Assembly: GCA_963727255.1 (NCBI GenBank)
Contig: CAVSFC010000002.1
Span: forward strand, 64,001 to 128,000
Source: an uncultured bacterium
GTDB lineage: Bacteria > Babelota > Babeliae > Babelales > Vermiphilaceae
Direction: 5' to 3'
DNA: 64,000 nt
Both the position numbers and the translations under genes were made by a program. The notes beneath the pieces are model-generated. The model saw nothing but the letters and a program-made list of their open reading frames with translations, made no database searches and had not been told where the DNA came from. Numbering within the stretch: position 1 is the first letter of the stretch; each line of letters starts with the position of its first letter. Below are positions 18,036 through 28,719 of this stretch, piece after piece.

Positions 18036-18815
18036 TTATGGACTTTTTTTTACAGCACCGAGTAGTTTTATAATTTCCGGATACTTTTCAGCTTTATTGC
18101 GTGGAGCAAGGTACCAAAAATTGTGCTCGCAATAAGGGCCCCAATCTTCTTTATCGGGATCAGCTTTATATTGTAATAAGAGTTGTATAATAGTAAGCAC
18201 TCTTGGAGCTTCTTCTTTATCTGCAGCATCATAATCCATTATAGCTTTCGTTAAAGGCAACGCTGTCCTACCAGAATTCTCATAATTTTCATTGGGATCT
18301 GCACCAAATCTGCACAGCATTTCAACCAGAGCAGGATTTTTTTTCTCTATTGCAATCAGCAAGGGTGATACCGCAGGTGATGGAAACATTTTTGCAATGG
18401 GAGCTCGGGAGATTTCTGCATAATTGCAACTGAGTATGTTAGGCTTAGCCTTATATTTCAAAAGCGCTTGCATATTTTCAAGGGCGCTATGATGGGCAGC
18501 TTCCCCTAACAATGAATAGTTTTCGTATTGCATATCAGGATCAATAATCTTTTTTTCTAAGAGCAGCTCTAAGAGCGGAGCTTTATAACGCTTGATACAA
18601 AGATTACGAACCTGCTCAAACTGGAAAATGGTGGGCGCAATAATTTTATCGCATTTCAGCCATTCACTCACTTCTGCTTTGAAACCTTCTTCTTTTAGCA
18701 GGACCATCTCATGCGCAACGCGCACAATTTGGTCTTTTTCATGATTCGCATCCGGGAGATTTTCCATTGCATACAGGCCTAATGGAATACACAACATTAA
18801 TAACAATTTGTTCAT
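18036..18815 (-). CDS. Exported ankyrin-repeat protein
   Basis: Signal peptide ..GLYAME; SPLLIAI..LCRFGADPN, LLQYKADPD. Confidence 0.85.
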   Translation of the reverse strand: MNKLLLMLCIPLGLYAMENLPDANHEKDQIVRVAHEMVLLKEEGFKAEVSEWLKCDKIIAPTIFQFEQVRNLCIKRYKAPLLELLLEKKIIDPDMQYENYSLLGEAAHHSALENMQALLKYKAKPNILSCNYAEISRAPIAKMFPSPAVSPLLIAIEKKNPALVEMLCRFGADPNENYENSGRTALPLTKAIMDYDAADKEEAPRVLTIIQLLLQYKADPDKEDWGPYCEHNFWYLAPRNKAEKYPEIIKLLGAVKKSP

Positions 18816-18827
18816 AAAAATCCTAGT

Positions 18828-19163
18828 TCACCCTTTTTGCATTCTATTGAGCAATTCGCGATTTTGAGCGGCTCTTTGAGCTCGCATCTGCATAAAATGA
18901 CGCTCTGCCTTTTGGGGTGAAAGAAATTGCCCTTGAATCTGGAAATTTTCACCAATTCTTAGATACATCATTAATCTTCCTGCATACGTGCCTGCAACGA
19001 GGTTCTTTTGAACTTCATACCACTTCCGGTTGGTCTTATACCCATGGTATGTGATAGAGGAATTGCTTTGGGATTTTAAGATTTTTAGATAGCGGCTCTT
19101 TGGCAATTCCATTCCGACTATTAAACATGATGAAAAGAGATAAATATAAATAAGTTTTTTCAT
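18828..19163 (-). CDS. Exported hypothetical protein
   Basis: MKKLIYIYLFSSCLIVGME signal-like start. Confidence 0.65.
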   Translation of the reverse strand: MKKLIYIYLFSSCLIVGMELPKSRYLKILKSQSNSSITYHGYKTNRKWYEVQKNLVAGTYAGRLMMYLRIGENFQIQGQFLSPQKAERHFMQMRAQRAAQNRELLNRMQKG

Positions 19164-19221
19164 TGCCCCATTTTCCCTGGGCTTGAGTCTATGAATTCCC
19201 AAGCCCAATTATTTATCGGTG

Positions 19222-20969
19222 TTATACAAAATACGCAGTACCGACTACGAAGTTTGTACCATCTTTTTCAACCATTTCTAACAATGCAATACGGTCATGA
19301 CCATTAATCTTATACGTCACTTGGCCTGAACCCTGCTTAACGGTATTAATAAATATTTGAACATATGGCTTGCCAGCATCATCTTTTGCTCCCATGATGT
19401 TGCGCCAGACCAATTCATGATTATCACCCCAGACCATGCAAATACCATCAAAATCGATCACAAAAACATATAAATCTCCACGAATAAATTTCCCGTTGGG
19501 ATCAGTAAATGCTCGGAATGCTTCTTCTTCAGAATGAGCGCGCAAATATCCTGCAGCACTGCGAGCCAAAAGAATTGCCATTTCACGTTTGGAAATCGGA
19601 TAGAGTCCTGATCCGATAACAAACGATTCAGTCCCGAGATCCACTTTTTCAACATAGACCGATTGGAATGCATTCTTTAATTTTACATCAACCCAACCGC
19701 CACCTTTATCAGCTTTTTCAATCAGATCGCGCACAAAGAATTTGCCATCTTCATCTTTGAGATCAAATTGATTGGTGCCAATGGCATCCAGATTTGCACC
19801 ATTGGCAATCACTTTGCCTTTCATATCCCAAACAGTCAGATAGAGATCCCCATAACGATATGAATCGGTTTGGCGGTTGCTAAATTCATTTACTGCCGCA
19901 GTAAGACCATGCTTTTTCATAAACTCATAGCCATCTTTAACCAGATCAACTGCTTTTTCTGGGGTCGCAGTCGGATAATACCCGCATGCAATAAAATATT
20001 GTTTGCCATTGGCATCGGTTACTTTTTCTGCATACGCAAGTTTGGTGGTATTTTTTGATTTATATTCAACCCAAACGCCTTCAGTGCTATTTTTGAGCCT
20101 ATTAATGATTTCTTGGTTAACAAATTTGCCTTCTGTATCTTTGACATTCAGTACATTGGTGCCAATAAGCCCCGGGCGATCCCCATTGGCCATCATTTGC
20201 CCATTAAAATCTACCGCATACAGATATAAATCGCCCATTACAAATCTGCCGGCTGGATAGCTGAGCGTGCTAAAAACTTCATCAACCGGGAATCCTTTTT
20301 GATTAACTACTTCATTAAAATATGCGACTGATGCTTTTACTAACCCAACAACAATATCACGCTTTGAATGAGGATAATAGCCGGCCCCAATCACATATTC
20401 TTTACCATCTTTTGTAAATGGTTTTACATACGATACTTTTGTTGCATTGCGCCATTGATAGGTGAGCCATCCTCCGCCCGTTTTCGCCTTTTTGATCATC
20501 TCTTGAACCATATAGGTGCCAAACATATCGCGCTGATCTATGCCAATTCTTCCAGACATGGCGCTCATCGAGCCCGCTGGCAAATTGAAATCCATCAATA
20601 TCATAGACAAAAAGATACAGCTCCCCACGAATAAAATCACGTCCATGAGTAAATGCATTCATTGCTTTATCAAAAGAGTTGTTTTGAACAAACTTTATCC
20701 CCTCTTCAACTAAGGCAGATAACTTGTTTGCGCTTAATGCTTTCTTCTGAATCTGCTTTAAGGGGGGTACCAAAAGATTCGCTCACGGTATCAATGGTTT
20801 GGCCTCCGGTTGGCTCAGCATCAACTTCATCTACTGCTTCCACATCCATGGAAGTTTTGAGTGCAGCTTTATCTATGGCATAATGATTGTGATACAAATG
20901 CAAGCCAACCAGCAGGGGAATGCAAACCCCTGCTGCCATAATTAAGATAAATCGATTTTGAGAATTCAT
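19222..20969 (-). CDS. Membrane-anchored protein with four tandem single-Cache domains; frameshifts near 20720 and 20540
   Basis: Four repeats of G(D/E)LY(L/V)..D.DG...D..G....G.GW..Y...K..YV...(V/I)G.G.Y after one N-terminal TM. Confidence 0.8.
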
Positions 20970-20999
20970 TACATATACTCCTTATTTTTTAACATAAAC

Positions 21000-21025
21000 C
21001 CGTTCGCCCTGAGTTTATCGAAGGG
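21000..21025. repeat. Family A palindromic repeat
   Basis: CCGTTCGCCCTGAGTTTATCGAAGGG just past the stop codon of the YccA-like gene. Confidence 0.75.
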
Positions 21026-21028
21026 TCA

Positions 21029-21737
21029 TTACTCTTTTCGTCTACCCATAAATTGAAGCAAATAAAGGAAAAGATTCACAAAATCAAGATATAGCATTAA
21101 TGCGCCCAAGATTGATACTTTTGCCATCGTTTCGCGATCAGCGAGCATCTCTTGCGTCATATGTCTTAATTTTCTGAACATCATAGGCAGTCAGCAACGT
21201 AAATACCAAAACTCCGACTGCTGAAAGAACATATTGGAATGTCTCATTCTTCAAAAACATATTAACCACCCCACCAATAATGATGCCAATGAGCGCCATC
21301 AATAAATAGCTGCCCATTGAGCTCAAATCAGCCTTGGTAAAATAGCCATAAACCGCCATCGCGCCAAACATACCTGCAGTTACTAAAAAAGTTGCTGCTA
21401 TTGAGGTCAAAGTATAAACCAGGAATATCGATGAAAGAGTTATTCCTAAAGTTGCAGCATAGAGAATAAAGAGACACGCTGCGAGTGCAAAGCTCATACG
21501 ATTCAGAAGCATAGTGAGTATTACTACCAAGGCAAGTTGGCCAATAAATAGGCCAACCAATAGTATGGTAGAACTGGTAGTACCACTAAAAAGCATATTG
21601 ATAAATGTCGGGCTGCTTGAAACAAAAAAGGCCGTTGCTGCAGTAATGGTAAGTGCCAAGCACATCCATGCATATACGCGATACATTAAATTAGTATCCC
21701 GTGCATAATATTTCGTATTTGAATAATCATTAAACAT
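21029..21737 (-). CDS. Bax inhibitor-1/YccA-family membrane protein; frameshifts near the 3' end
   Basis: RVYAWM..LT.T, YGYFTKADLS, LTAYDVQKIK, then GALMLYLDFVNL in a shifted frame. Confidence 0.9.
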
Positions 21738-21920
21738 AATAAAACTCCTTAGAGAATGAGAGAATACAATTCGCACTTTTTCTTAAGATATCGCTCGGAT
21801 AACGGCTTGTCCAATATTTTGCCGAGGATCTGTTCAGACTTATCTTGCTCCGGTAAATCCAAACTGTTAAAGTATATAAGTATATACAAAATTCATGATC
21901 GAATCTGAGGAGTCTTTACC

Positions 21921-22241
21921 ATGGCAGTATCAATTACCAAAGATAATTATACGCAGGAAATTGAACAGGCAACGATGCCGGTAGTCATTGATGTTTTTGC
22001 AAGCTGGTGCGGCCCCTGCCAACAGATGGCTCCCCACTTTGAAGCACTGGAAAAAGAGCTCAAAGAGACCTATAAATTCGCTAAGCTCAATGTTGATGAG
22101 GCCCGCGAAATCTCCATGAAATTCGGTGTTACTTCAGTCCCTACTTTTGTTTTTATGCATAATAATCAAGTGAAAGGCAAAGTAACAGGTTATATGAGCA
22201 AGGCTGATCTAAAAGCGCGCATCGAAGAATATTTAGGATAA
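21921..22241 (+). CDS. trxA: Thioredoxin
   Basis: WCGPC, KLNVDE, SVPT. Confidence 0.95.
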   Translation: MAVSITKDNYTQEIEQATMPVVIDVFASWCGPCQQMAPHFEALEKELKETYKFAKLNVDEAREISMKFGVTSVPTFVFMHNNQVKGKVTGYMSKADLKARIEEYLG

Positions 22242-22243
22242 TT

Positions 22244-23578
22244 TCACTGCTTTTTATCTTTTACCTCATACCCAAGAATGCGCAACCGCTCTCTTAATTC
22301 ATCAGCCTTTTTCCATTCTTTAGCAGCACGTGCAGTTTCTCGATCTTTAATAAGCTGTTCAATTTCAGGAGTGATTGCAACTTCCTTCTCTGGCAATGGA
22401 ATAAGCATAAGCCCAAGTACTTGCTGAATAAATGCTTTTACCAAGCAAAGCTCTTTTTGATCCTTTTGCAAAGCCGGTAATGCTTCAAAAAGTATGCCCC
22501 ACATGCCTGGGGTATTTAAATCGTCTTCCAAAAATTCCAACATTTTTTGGACCATTGGCGATTCTTTGATCTGTTGATCAGAAAATTGAGGGCACTCGAC
22601 TGCAAACTGTTTGCATAATCTTTGATATGTTTTTTGCATCACTTTTAAATCATCAAAGGAAAAATCAAGCGGCGCTTTATATTGATGATTTAAAAGATAA
22701 AAGCGGACCACCATCGGATCAAACTGCTTGAAAACATCGCGCAACGTAAAAAAATTACCGAGCGATTTAGACATTTTTTCTTGGTTGATACGCACAAAGC
22801 CATTATGCATCCAATAGCGTACAAATTCTTTGCCGTGCAATGCCTCGGATTGCGCAATTTCATTCTCATGATGCGGGAAAATTAAATCCAAACCCCCTGC
22901 ATGTATATCTATTGTTTCCCCTAAAAATTTTTCTGCCATCGCTGAACATTCAATATGCCAGCCCGGCCGTCCGCGACCCCAAGGAGAATCCCATCCCGGC
23001 TCATTCGGCTCCGCATGCTTCCAGAGTGCAAAATCAAGCGGATTTTTTTTCTTTTCATTTACTTCTACCCGAGCACCGGCAATCAAATCTTCTAATTTAT
23101 GTTTGGATAAGATCCCATACTGCGGAAATTTACCAATTTCAAAATAAACATCTCCATCAGAAACATATGCCTTACCGGCATCAATCAAGCCTTTAACAAA
23201 ATTAATAATCTCTGGCATTGTCTGAGTAACGGTAGGCTCATAAGTAGGCGGCAAGCAATTGAGCGCTTTCATATCTTCATGGAATGCTTCAATATATTTT
23301 TTACTGATCTCTTCGAACGTATTCGGATCGCCAAACTCTTTTTGCGCACGGCAAATTATTTTATCATCAATATCAGTAAAATTACGGCAATAGGTAACTT
23401 CGTATCCTAAAAATTTAAGCAATCGATAGAGCACATCAAATGTTACATACACTCTACCATGGCCAATATGGGCATAATCATAGGGAGTTATTCCGCACAC
23501 ATAGAGTGAAACCTGTCCCGCTTTTAAGGGTTTAAAAAGTTCTTTTTTGCCACTGAGGGTATTCGTTACTGTAATCAT
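22244..23578 (-). CDS. cysS: Cysteine--tRNA ligase
   Basis: YVCGIT.YD.AHIGH, DFALWK, GRPGWHIECSAM, KMSKS. Confidence 0.98.
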   Translation of the reverse strand: MITVTNTLSGKKELFKPLKAGQVSLYVCGITPYDYAHIGHGRVYVTFDVLYRLLKFLGYEVTYCRNFTDIDDKIICRAQKEFGDPNTFEEISKKYIEAFHEDMKALNCLPPTYEPTVTQTMPEIINFVKGLIDAGKAYVSDGDVYFEIGKFPQYGILSKHKLEDLIAGARVEVNEKKKNPLDFALWKHAEPNEPGWDSPWGRGRPGWHIECSAMAEKFLGETIDIHAGGLDLIFPHHENEIAQSEALHGKEFVRYWMHNGFVRINQEKMSKSLGNFFTLRDVFKQFDPMVVRFYLLNHQYKAPLDFSFDDLKVMQKTYQRLCKQFAVECPQFSDQQIKESPMVQKMLEFLEDDLNTPGMWGILFEALPALQKDQKELCLVKAFIQQVLGLMLIPLPEKEVAITPEIEQLIKDRETARAAKEWKKADELRERLRILGYEVKDKKQ

Positions 23579-23682
23579 ATAATTATTAAGTGAAAAATTG
23601 GTTTATGACAAGGTTCATCATAACAATACTCTTGCCACAAAACAATGTCACCTTAAATCAAAAAACTCCATAAAAAAACTGG

Positions 23683-23712
23683 CCTGCCATTCCAAGCTTT
23701 AGCGAAGTATGG
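23683..23712. repeat. Family D palindromic repeat
   Basis: CCTGCCATTCCAAGCTTTAGCGAAGTATGG; shares AGCTTTAGCGAAG with 61001-61030. Confidence 0.6.
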
Positions 23713-23776
23713 CCAATTCCTAAAAAAAGAGTATTATTAAAATCATCTTTTTAAGGACCTCCAGGAGTGTATATAA

Positions 23777-26458
23777 ATGATCAGCATGAGCCGAGTATTG
23801 CATCTCTTTGCGTGTATAAGTGTATGGATTACGCTCATTGGCGCTTCAACTAACTGCCAAGAAGCGGCGCAAGAAAGCACCAAGAAAGAAGCAGTAGCAA
23901 AAATTGTTTTAGCTGAAGATGAACAGCCAACAACTGCAAATTCTCAGGACAACTGCCAAGAAACACCGCCAGAAAACAATGATCAAGAAGAAATATCAGA
24001 AATTGTTTTACCTGAAGACGAACAACCAATTGCCGATAGTCAAGCTGAAGAAGATCAGGAGCCTGAAGAATTATCCGCCCAAGATCTTGCCGGCCGTATA
24101 ATCCATGAAATTATCATTCAGGGCAATAAGCAGGTAAGCCAGCAGGCGATTCTCAATAAAATTCCGTATCGCAAAGGCCAAAAATTTGATCCGATAAAAA
24201 CTCGCGAAACAATTCGAAATCTCTATTTTGATTTTAAACGATTCCGCACCATCAATATCATGGCAGAGCCAATTGATCCTGATATGATCGATCTTCATAT
24301 TATCGTTGAAGAAAAGATTCCCCTGAAAGAAATTATCTTTGAGGGCAATTCAGCAGTAACTGAAAAAGAAATTAATGAAAAAGTTACTGCGCTGGATACT
24401 CCTGCAATTGATAGCGAAGAATTAAAGATATTTGCAAATGCGATAAAAAAATTATATTTAGAACGTGGCTATTATAATGCCACTATAAATCCGGAACTTA
24501 AATGTCGATGAAAATGGCAAAGGCAGCATTATTTTTCATATTGATTGAAGGCAATAAATCTTTAGTAAAACGGATCTCATTTAAAGGTAATAGCAATGTG
24601 AGCGGCAAAACATTACGCAGCATTATCTATACGCGCGAAGATTGGCTGCTGAGCTTCCTTGATAAATCGGGCACCTATTTTGCCCGAGCGGCTTGAAGGG
24701 GATAAGCATGCAATTGAAATGTACTATCAAAGTAATGGATTTCTGAATGCAAAAGTAGTTGCAATTACGCCCGAAATGGATGCATGCAATAATTTCAATA
24801 TTCTTTTTGAGATCCAAGAAGGGGATTTATACAGAATCGGATCAGTGAGTGCTGCCAGGCAATGATCTGATCTGCGAAGAAGAATTATTACAAGTGATTC
24901 CAATCAAACCCGGCGATCTTTATTCGCGTGAAAAAATTGTTGATGCAATAAAAAATTTGGAATTAGTTTGGGGTAGCTTTGGGTATCTGTATGCGCATAT
25001 TGAGCCATCGATTAATCCCAATGATGAAACTAAAACGGTAGATCTTGCCTTTCATAGCGAGCTGGGCAATCAGATAACGCTTGGGAAACTCACTATTCGG
25101 GGCAACAAAAAAACGCGCGATAAAATAATTCGCCGGCAAATTACTTTTTGCTGAAGGGGATTTATTAACCAATACCCGCATGGAACAATCAAAAGAACGT
25201 ATTCAATCTCTGGGCTATTTTGATCAACGCGAAGGGGTTAACTGGAAAATAATTCGAACCGGGGAAAATACTGCCGATCTTGATCTAATGCTCAAAGAAG
25301 CAAAAACGGGCCATGCAGGCTTCCAACTTGGTTTTGCCGGAAATCCTGCAAGCATTCGAGATCCATTAAAGGAGCATCGCTTCAACTTGATGTAGGCGAC
25401 ACCAATTTGCTGGGTACTGGTATACGCGCAAATTTAAATAGCCGCTTCTCTCATGAAGATTTTTCTTTAGGATTTAATATCACCCAACCATGGCTTTTTG
25501 ATAAACCAATTTTGGGCGCACTTGATGTGTATCATAAACGGCTTGCTTATGAAGATTTTAATTTCACAACGCCGGTTAATGAAATTGATACCGGATTAAC
25601 GCTCACCACAGGCTTTGTAACCAATGGAATGATTCATTCTTGCGTGATACATTTATTCGTGGCGCTTTGGGTATTGATAGCATCAAATATCAGCCCGATC
25701 CTCCAAAAGCACATATTATGGAGTTGCAAAATCCTGAAAAAACCTTTGCAGAAGGGCAATACAATATAATTTTAGCAAAAATATTCACTCCAGGAAATTA
25801 TGGATCATTTTCTTTGCATGTTGGCCAAGATAAACGAAACCATCCGATGCATCCAACCGGTGGCTTTAGTTGGCTTGCTCGTGCGCAAACAACCTTTAAC
25901 TTCACTAACCGCTGCTTGGGTTTCCAAAAATATGATATCGAAGCCCATTGGTATACCCCTCTTATTGGAGCCTATGATCTGGTATTTCATTTACATGGCT
26001 ATTTGGGTATTGTTGCACCACTCAATGATTGCAAATTAATTCCGTATCGAGAACTATTCCATATTGGTGGCCCTGCAAGCGTACGGGGATTCTTATTTGG
26101 AGAAATCGGGCCACAATTCAATGTATTTGATCAGATTTCTGAAGGCACGCGCGGGGATTCCATCGGCGGAAAAAAGGCAACCTTTCTTAATGCAGAGCTT
26201 ATCTTCCCGATAACTCCTGATATGAATATTAAAGGCGTATTCTTCTATGATGGCGGTGCCGGTTGGGATAATCCGTATGTTACCAATGCGAATCGCCAGT
26301 TTATACGCAATAACAGCTTTAGCTATCGCCATGCGATCGGATTCGGAATTCGCATTTATCAGCCAATGCCAATCAAAATTGATTGGGGCTTCAAGCTCGA
26401 TCCGCGCAAAGGGGAACCAGCATATGAAGTGCATTTTAACACCGCCTATGAATGGTAA
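23777..26458 (+). CDS. bamA: Outer membrane protein assembly factor BamA; multiple frameshifts
   Basis: POTRA segments (GNKKTRDKIIRR, SLGYF), IGGPASVRGF loop motif, PIKIDWG, C-terminal W. Confidence 0.92.
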
Positions 26459-26490
26459 TAGGTTAAAAGCTCCAACTAAATTCGCAGCTC

Positions 26491-27600
26491 CTATTTTTGT
26501 ATATTTTGTGTTTTAACATCAACTTTGAATAAACCACGTTGTGCATGAGTCATTGCCTGTAATGCTCGTTCTAGTACTGCTAGTCTTAGATCTTTTTCCC
26601 TAATTTCAGATTGCTTCTTTTCTTCTGATGTTTCAAGCGCATGCGTTAAACGTGCAATCTGAGCTAAATAATATGGTTCTGTTAATCTTTGCGCAGACCA
26701 ACTAAAAAGAAAAAAAGTTTTGCTTAAATTTTCTATAAACGTAGATTTACTGTTTTCCAAGCGGTTTTTTAAAGTATCCTTATATTCTTTTGGCAAAGAT
26801 CCATTAATAATCTTTCCACAAAAAACGTCTATAAACGTTTTCGAATAAGCTGCAGTTCGTATGGCATCAGCATGCAGAATTAATATTAATTCTGCGAAGA
26901 TTTTTTTCCTTGTTTCTGCCATCTCAGTTTCCAGTGACGTATTTACCTGAGGCCAACAATTGATTATCTGTCCCCTAATTTTTTGTGCCGCTTCCTCTTT
27001 TGTCATTATCTCATCTTCCGGATTGAATATGCCGACATATAATTCCTCTTTCTCTTCACATTTAATTGCACAATAGTTGTTACTTACCTGATGTTGTTCT
27101 GTCTGCAATTCTCTCAACACTTTTTCGGCTTTTACTAGGGCAACTGGTTTTGCTGCATTAATAACATGTGCAAACATATTTTGTAGATGTAATCTATAAC
27201 CATCTGGATCATTGCTATAGGTAAAAGCCGATCTCCATAAAGTGTTGATCAAACTCTTAGTCTGAGTATTGTTAAGATTAAATTTTTCAAGCGCTTCATC
27301 CGAAAAAGATCTGATATAATAAAATTCTTTACTTTTTTTCCCATCAGTTTCGCCATATGTATTTAATTCTTGAGCATCAATCAAAGTAGGGTCCTTTGCA
27401 ATCTCTTTCATGCATCTATTGATAACAGTATCCAATTCTTCAACTCTCGATTTGGGTACCCCTACAAAATTTATTGCTCTCATGGCAGGATATTGTGCTT
27501 GCTGATCTTCTTGTAGAGATAATGTATCATTCATTGTTAAACTATCATTCGATATCACTAATAAAATAAGAAAAGAGATTTTTTTAATTAAATTCTGCAT
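26491..27600 (-). CDS. Exported helical hypothetical protein
   Basis: 369-aa ORF, signal-like start ending SLTMN. Confidence 0.75.
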   Translation of the reverse strand: MQNLIKKISFLILLVISNDSLTMNDTLSLQEDQQAQYPAMRAINFVGVPKSRVEELDTVINRCMKEIAKDPTLIDAQELNTYGETDGKKSKEFYYIRSFSDEALEKFNLNNTQTKSLINTLWRSAFTYSNDPDGYRLHLQNMFAHVINAAKPVALVKAEKVLRELQTEQHQVSNNYCAIKCEEKEELYVGIFNPEDEIMTKEEAAQKIRGQIINCWPQVNTSLETEMAETRKKIFAELILILHADAIRTAAYSKTFIDVFCGKIINGSLPKEYKDTLKNRLENSKSTFIENLSKTFFLFSWSAQRLTEPYYLAQIARLTHALETSEEKKQSEIREKDLRLAVLERALQAMTHAQRGLFKVDVKTQNIQK

Positions 27601-27859
27601 TCACGTTCCTTAAAAATAGAAAGAGTATGAGTTATTTGAAGTATAATTCTGCAATAGCAAAAGTATTTGTGAAACTTTTCCGAAATTATGTATTGTTAAT
27701 AGTTAGAGTAAATCCTTAGAATAATAGCATAATTGCTATTGTTTGTATTCTATAATTGTTCTTAGAAAATAGTTCACTGTGGATAAAGGAAATAAAATGA
27801 AGACCGTTGCTTTTCTGGGTATCCTTAGGTAAACAATAGGAATATCCTAGGAGCTTCAT

Positions 27860-28438
27860 ATGAAAATCAAAGTACTTTTCTTCTTTTGTTGTGCTTTTGC
27901 CAATCCACTCTTCACTATGGAAATCGAGCATCTCGTAATAAATATTGCACCAGAGAAAAATCTGTTAACACGAATCATAGAAAATGCTATTAATGAAGGC
28001 AACGTGAAAGAAATTAATGAAATTGTTAATGAAATTCGCAAGCCAACGCAAAGCAACTATGGATCGCTCAAAGCTTTGGTAAACCCGAATCAAATCGACC
28101 CTGAGCCACTTTACGGCCGGGCAAAGAATTTAGAACGTGAAACAGATCTGCAAGCAAGCACCATTTGCAATCTACATTTTTATAAAAATCTTGCACTGGG
28201 AAGCGCATGTTGGACTGCCGCTATAGGCCTTGGTACTCTTTTTGTTGCAATTCCTATTACTCAAGGGCAATTCGATTTTTTAAAAAATATAGGCGTAGCA
28301 GGCACAATTTCCAGTGGCTTGCTTGGACTCGGAACAAAATTTTTCCATTCAGCATGGAGCAATGAAGATGCAATCAATGAGCATGCAAAACAGCTTGCCA
28401 TTAGATTGCTTTTACACAAACTAAGAAACAAACGCTAA
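27860..28438 (+). CDS. Exported protein with a bilobed hydrophobic hairpin
   Basis: AGGAG RBS, signal ..LFTME, two adjacent hydrophobic segments. Confidence 0.75.
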   Translation: MKIKVLFFFCCAFANPLFTMEIEHLVINIAPEKNLLTRIIENAINEGNVKEINEIVNEIRKPTQSNYGSLKALVNPNQIDPEPLYGRAKNLERETDLQASTICNLHFYKNLALGSACWTAAIGLGTLFVAIPITQGQFDFLKNIGVAGTISSGLLGLGTKFFHSAWSNEDAINEHAKQLAIRLLLHKLRNKR

Positions 28439-28447
28439 GGAAATTAT

Positions 28448-28717
28448 ATGAAGCGCTCAACATTCGTTGCGATTTTTGTTTGCACAAATCTGGCTTTTCT
28501 TATGTTACATATTCATAAACAAAGCCAAGTCACTAAATTATCCTATGAAAAACAAAAAAGAGATCAGGAAATTAATACGCTTGAAAAAAGAAAATGCGAA
28601 CTCACGCACGATCTGCAAACAGTGCATGACCGCACACTGGTAAAACAGTTTGCTGTAAATAAATTAGATTTAAAACCGGTAAAGATTGCTCAAATAAAAA
28701 AAGTGAATGAAGCATAA
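28448..28717 (+). CDS. ftsL: FtsL-like cell division protein
   Basis: Small TM plus coiled coil immediately upstream of a class B PBP. Confidence 0.6.
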   Translation: MKRSTFVAIFVCTNLAFLMLHIHKQSQVTKLSYEKQKRDQEINTLEKRKCELTHDLQTVHDRTLVKQFAVNKLDLKPVKIAQIKKVNEA

Positions 28718-28719
28718 CC

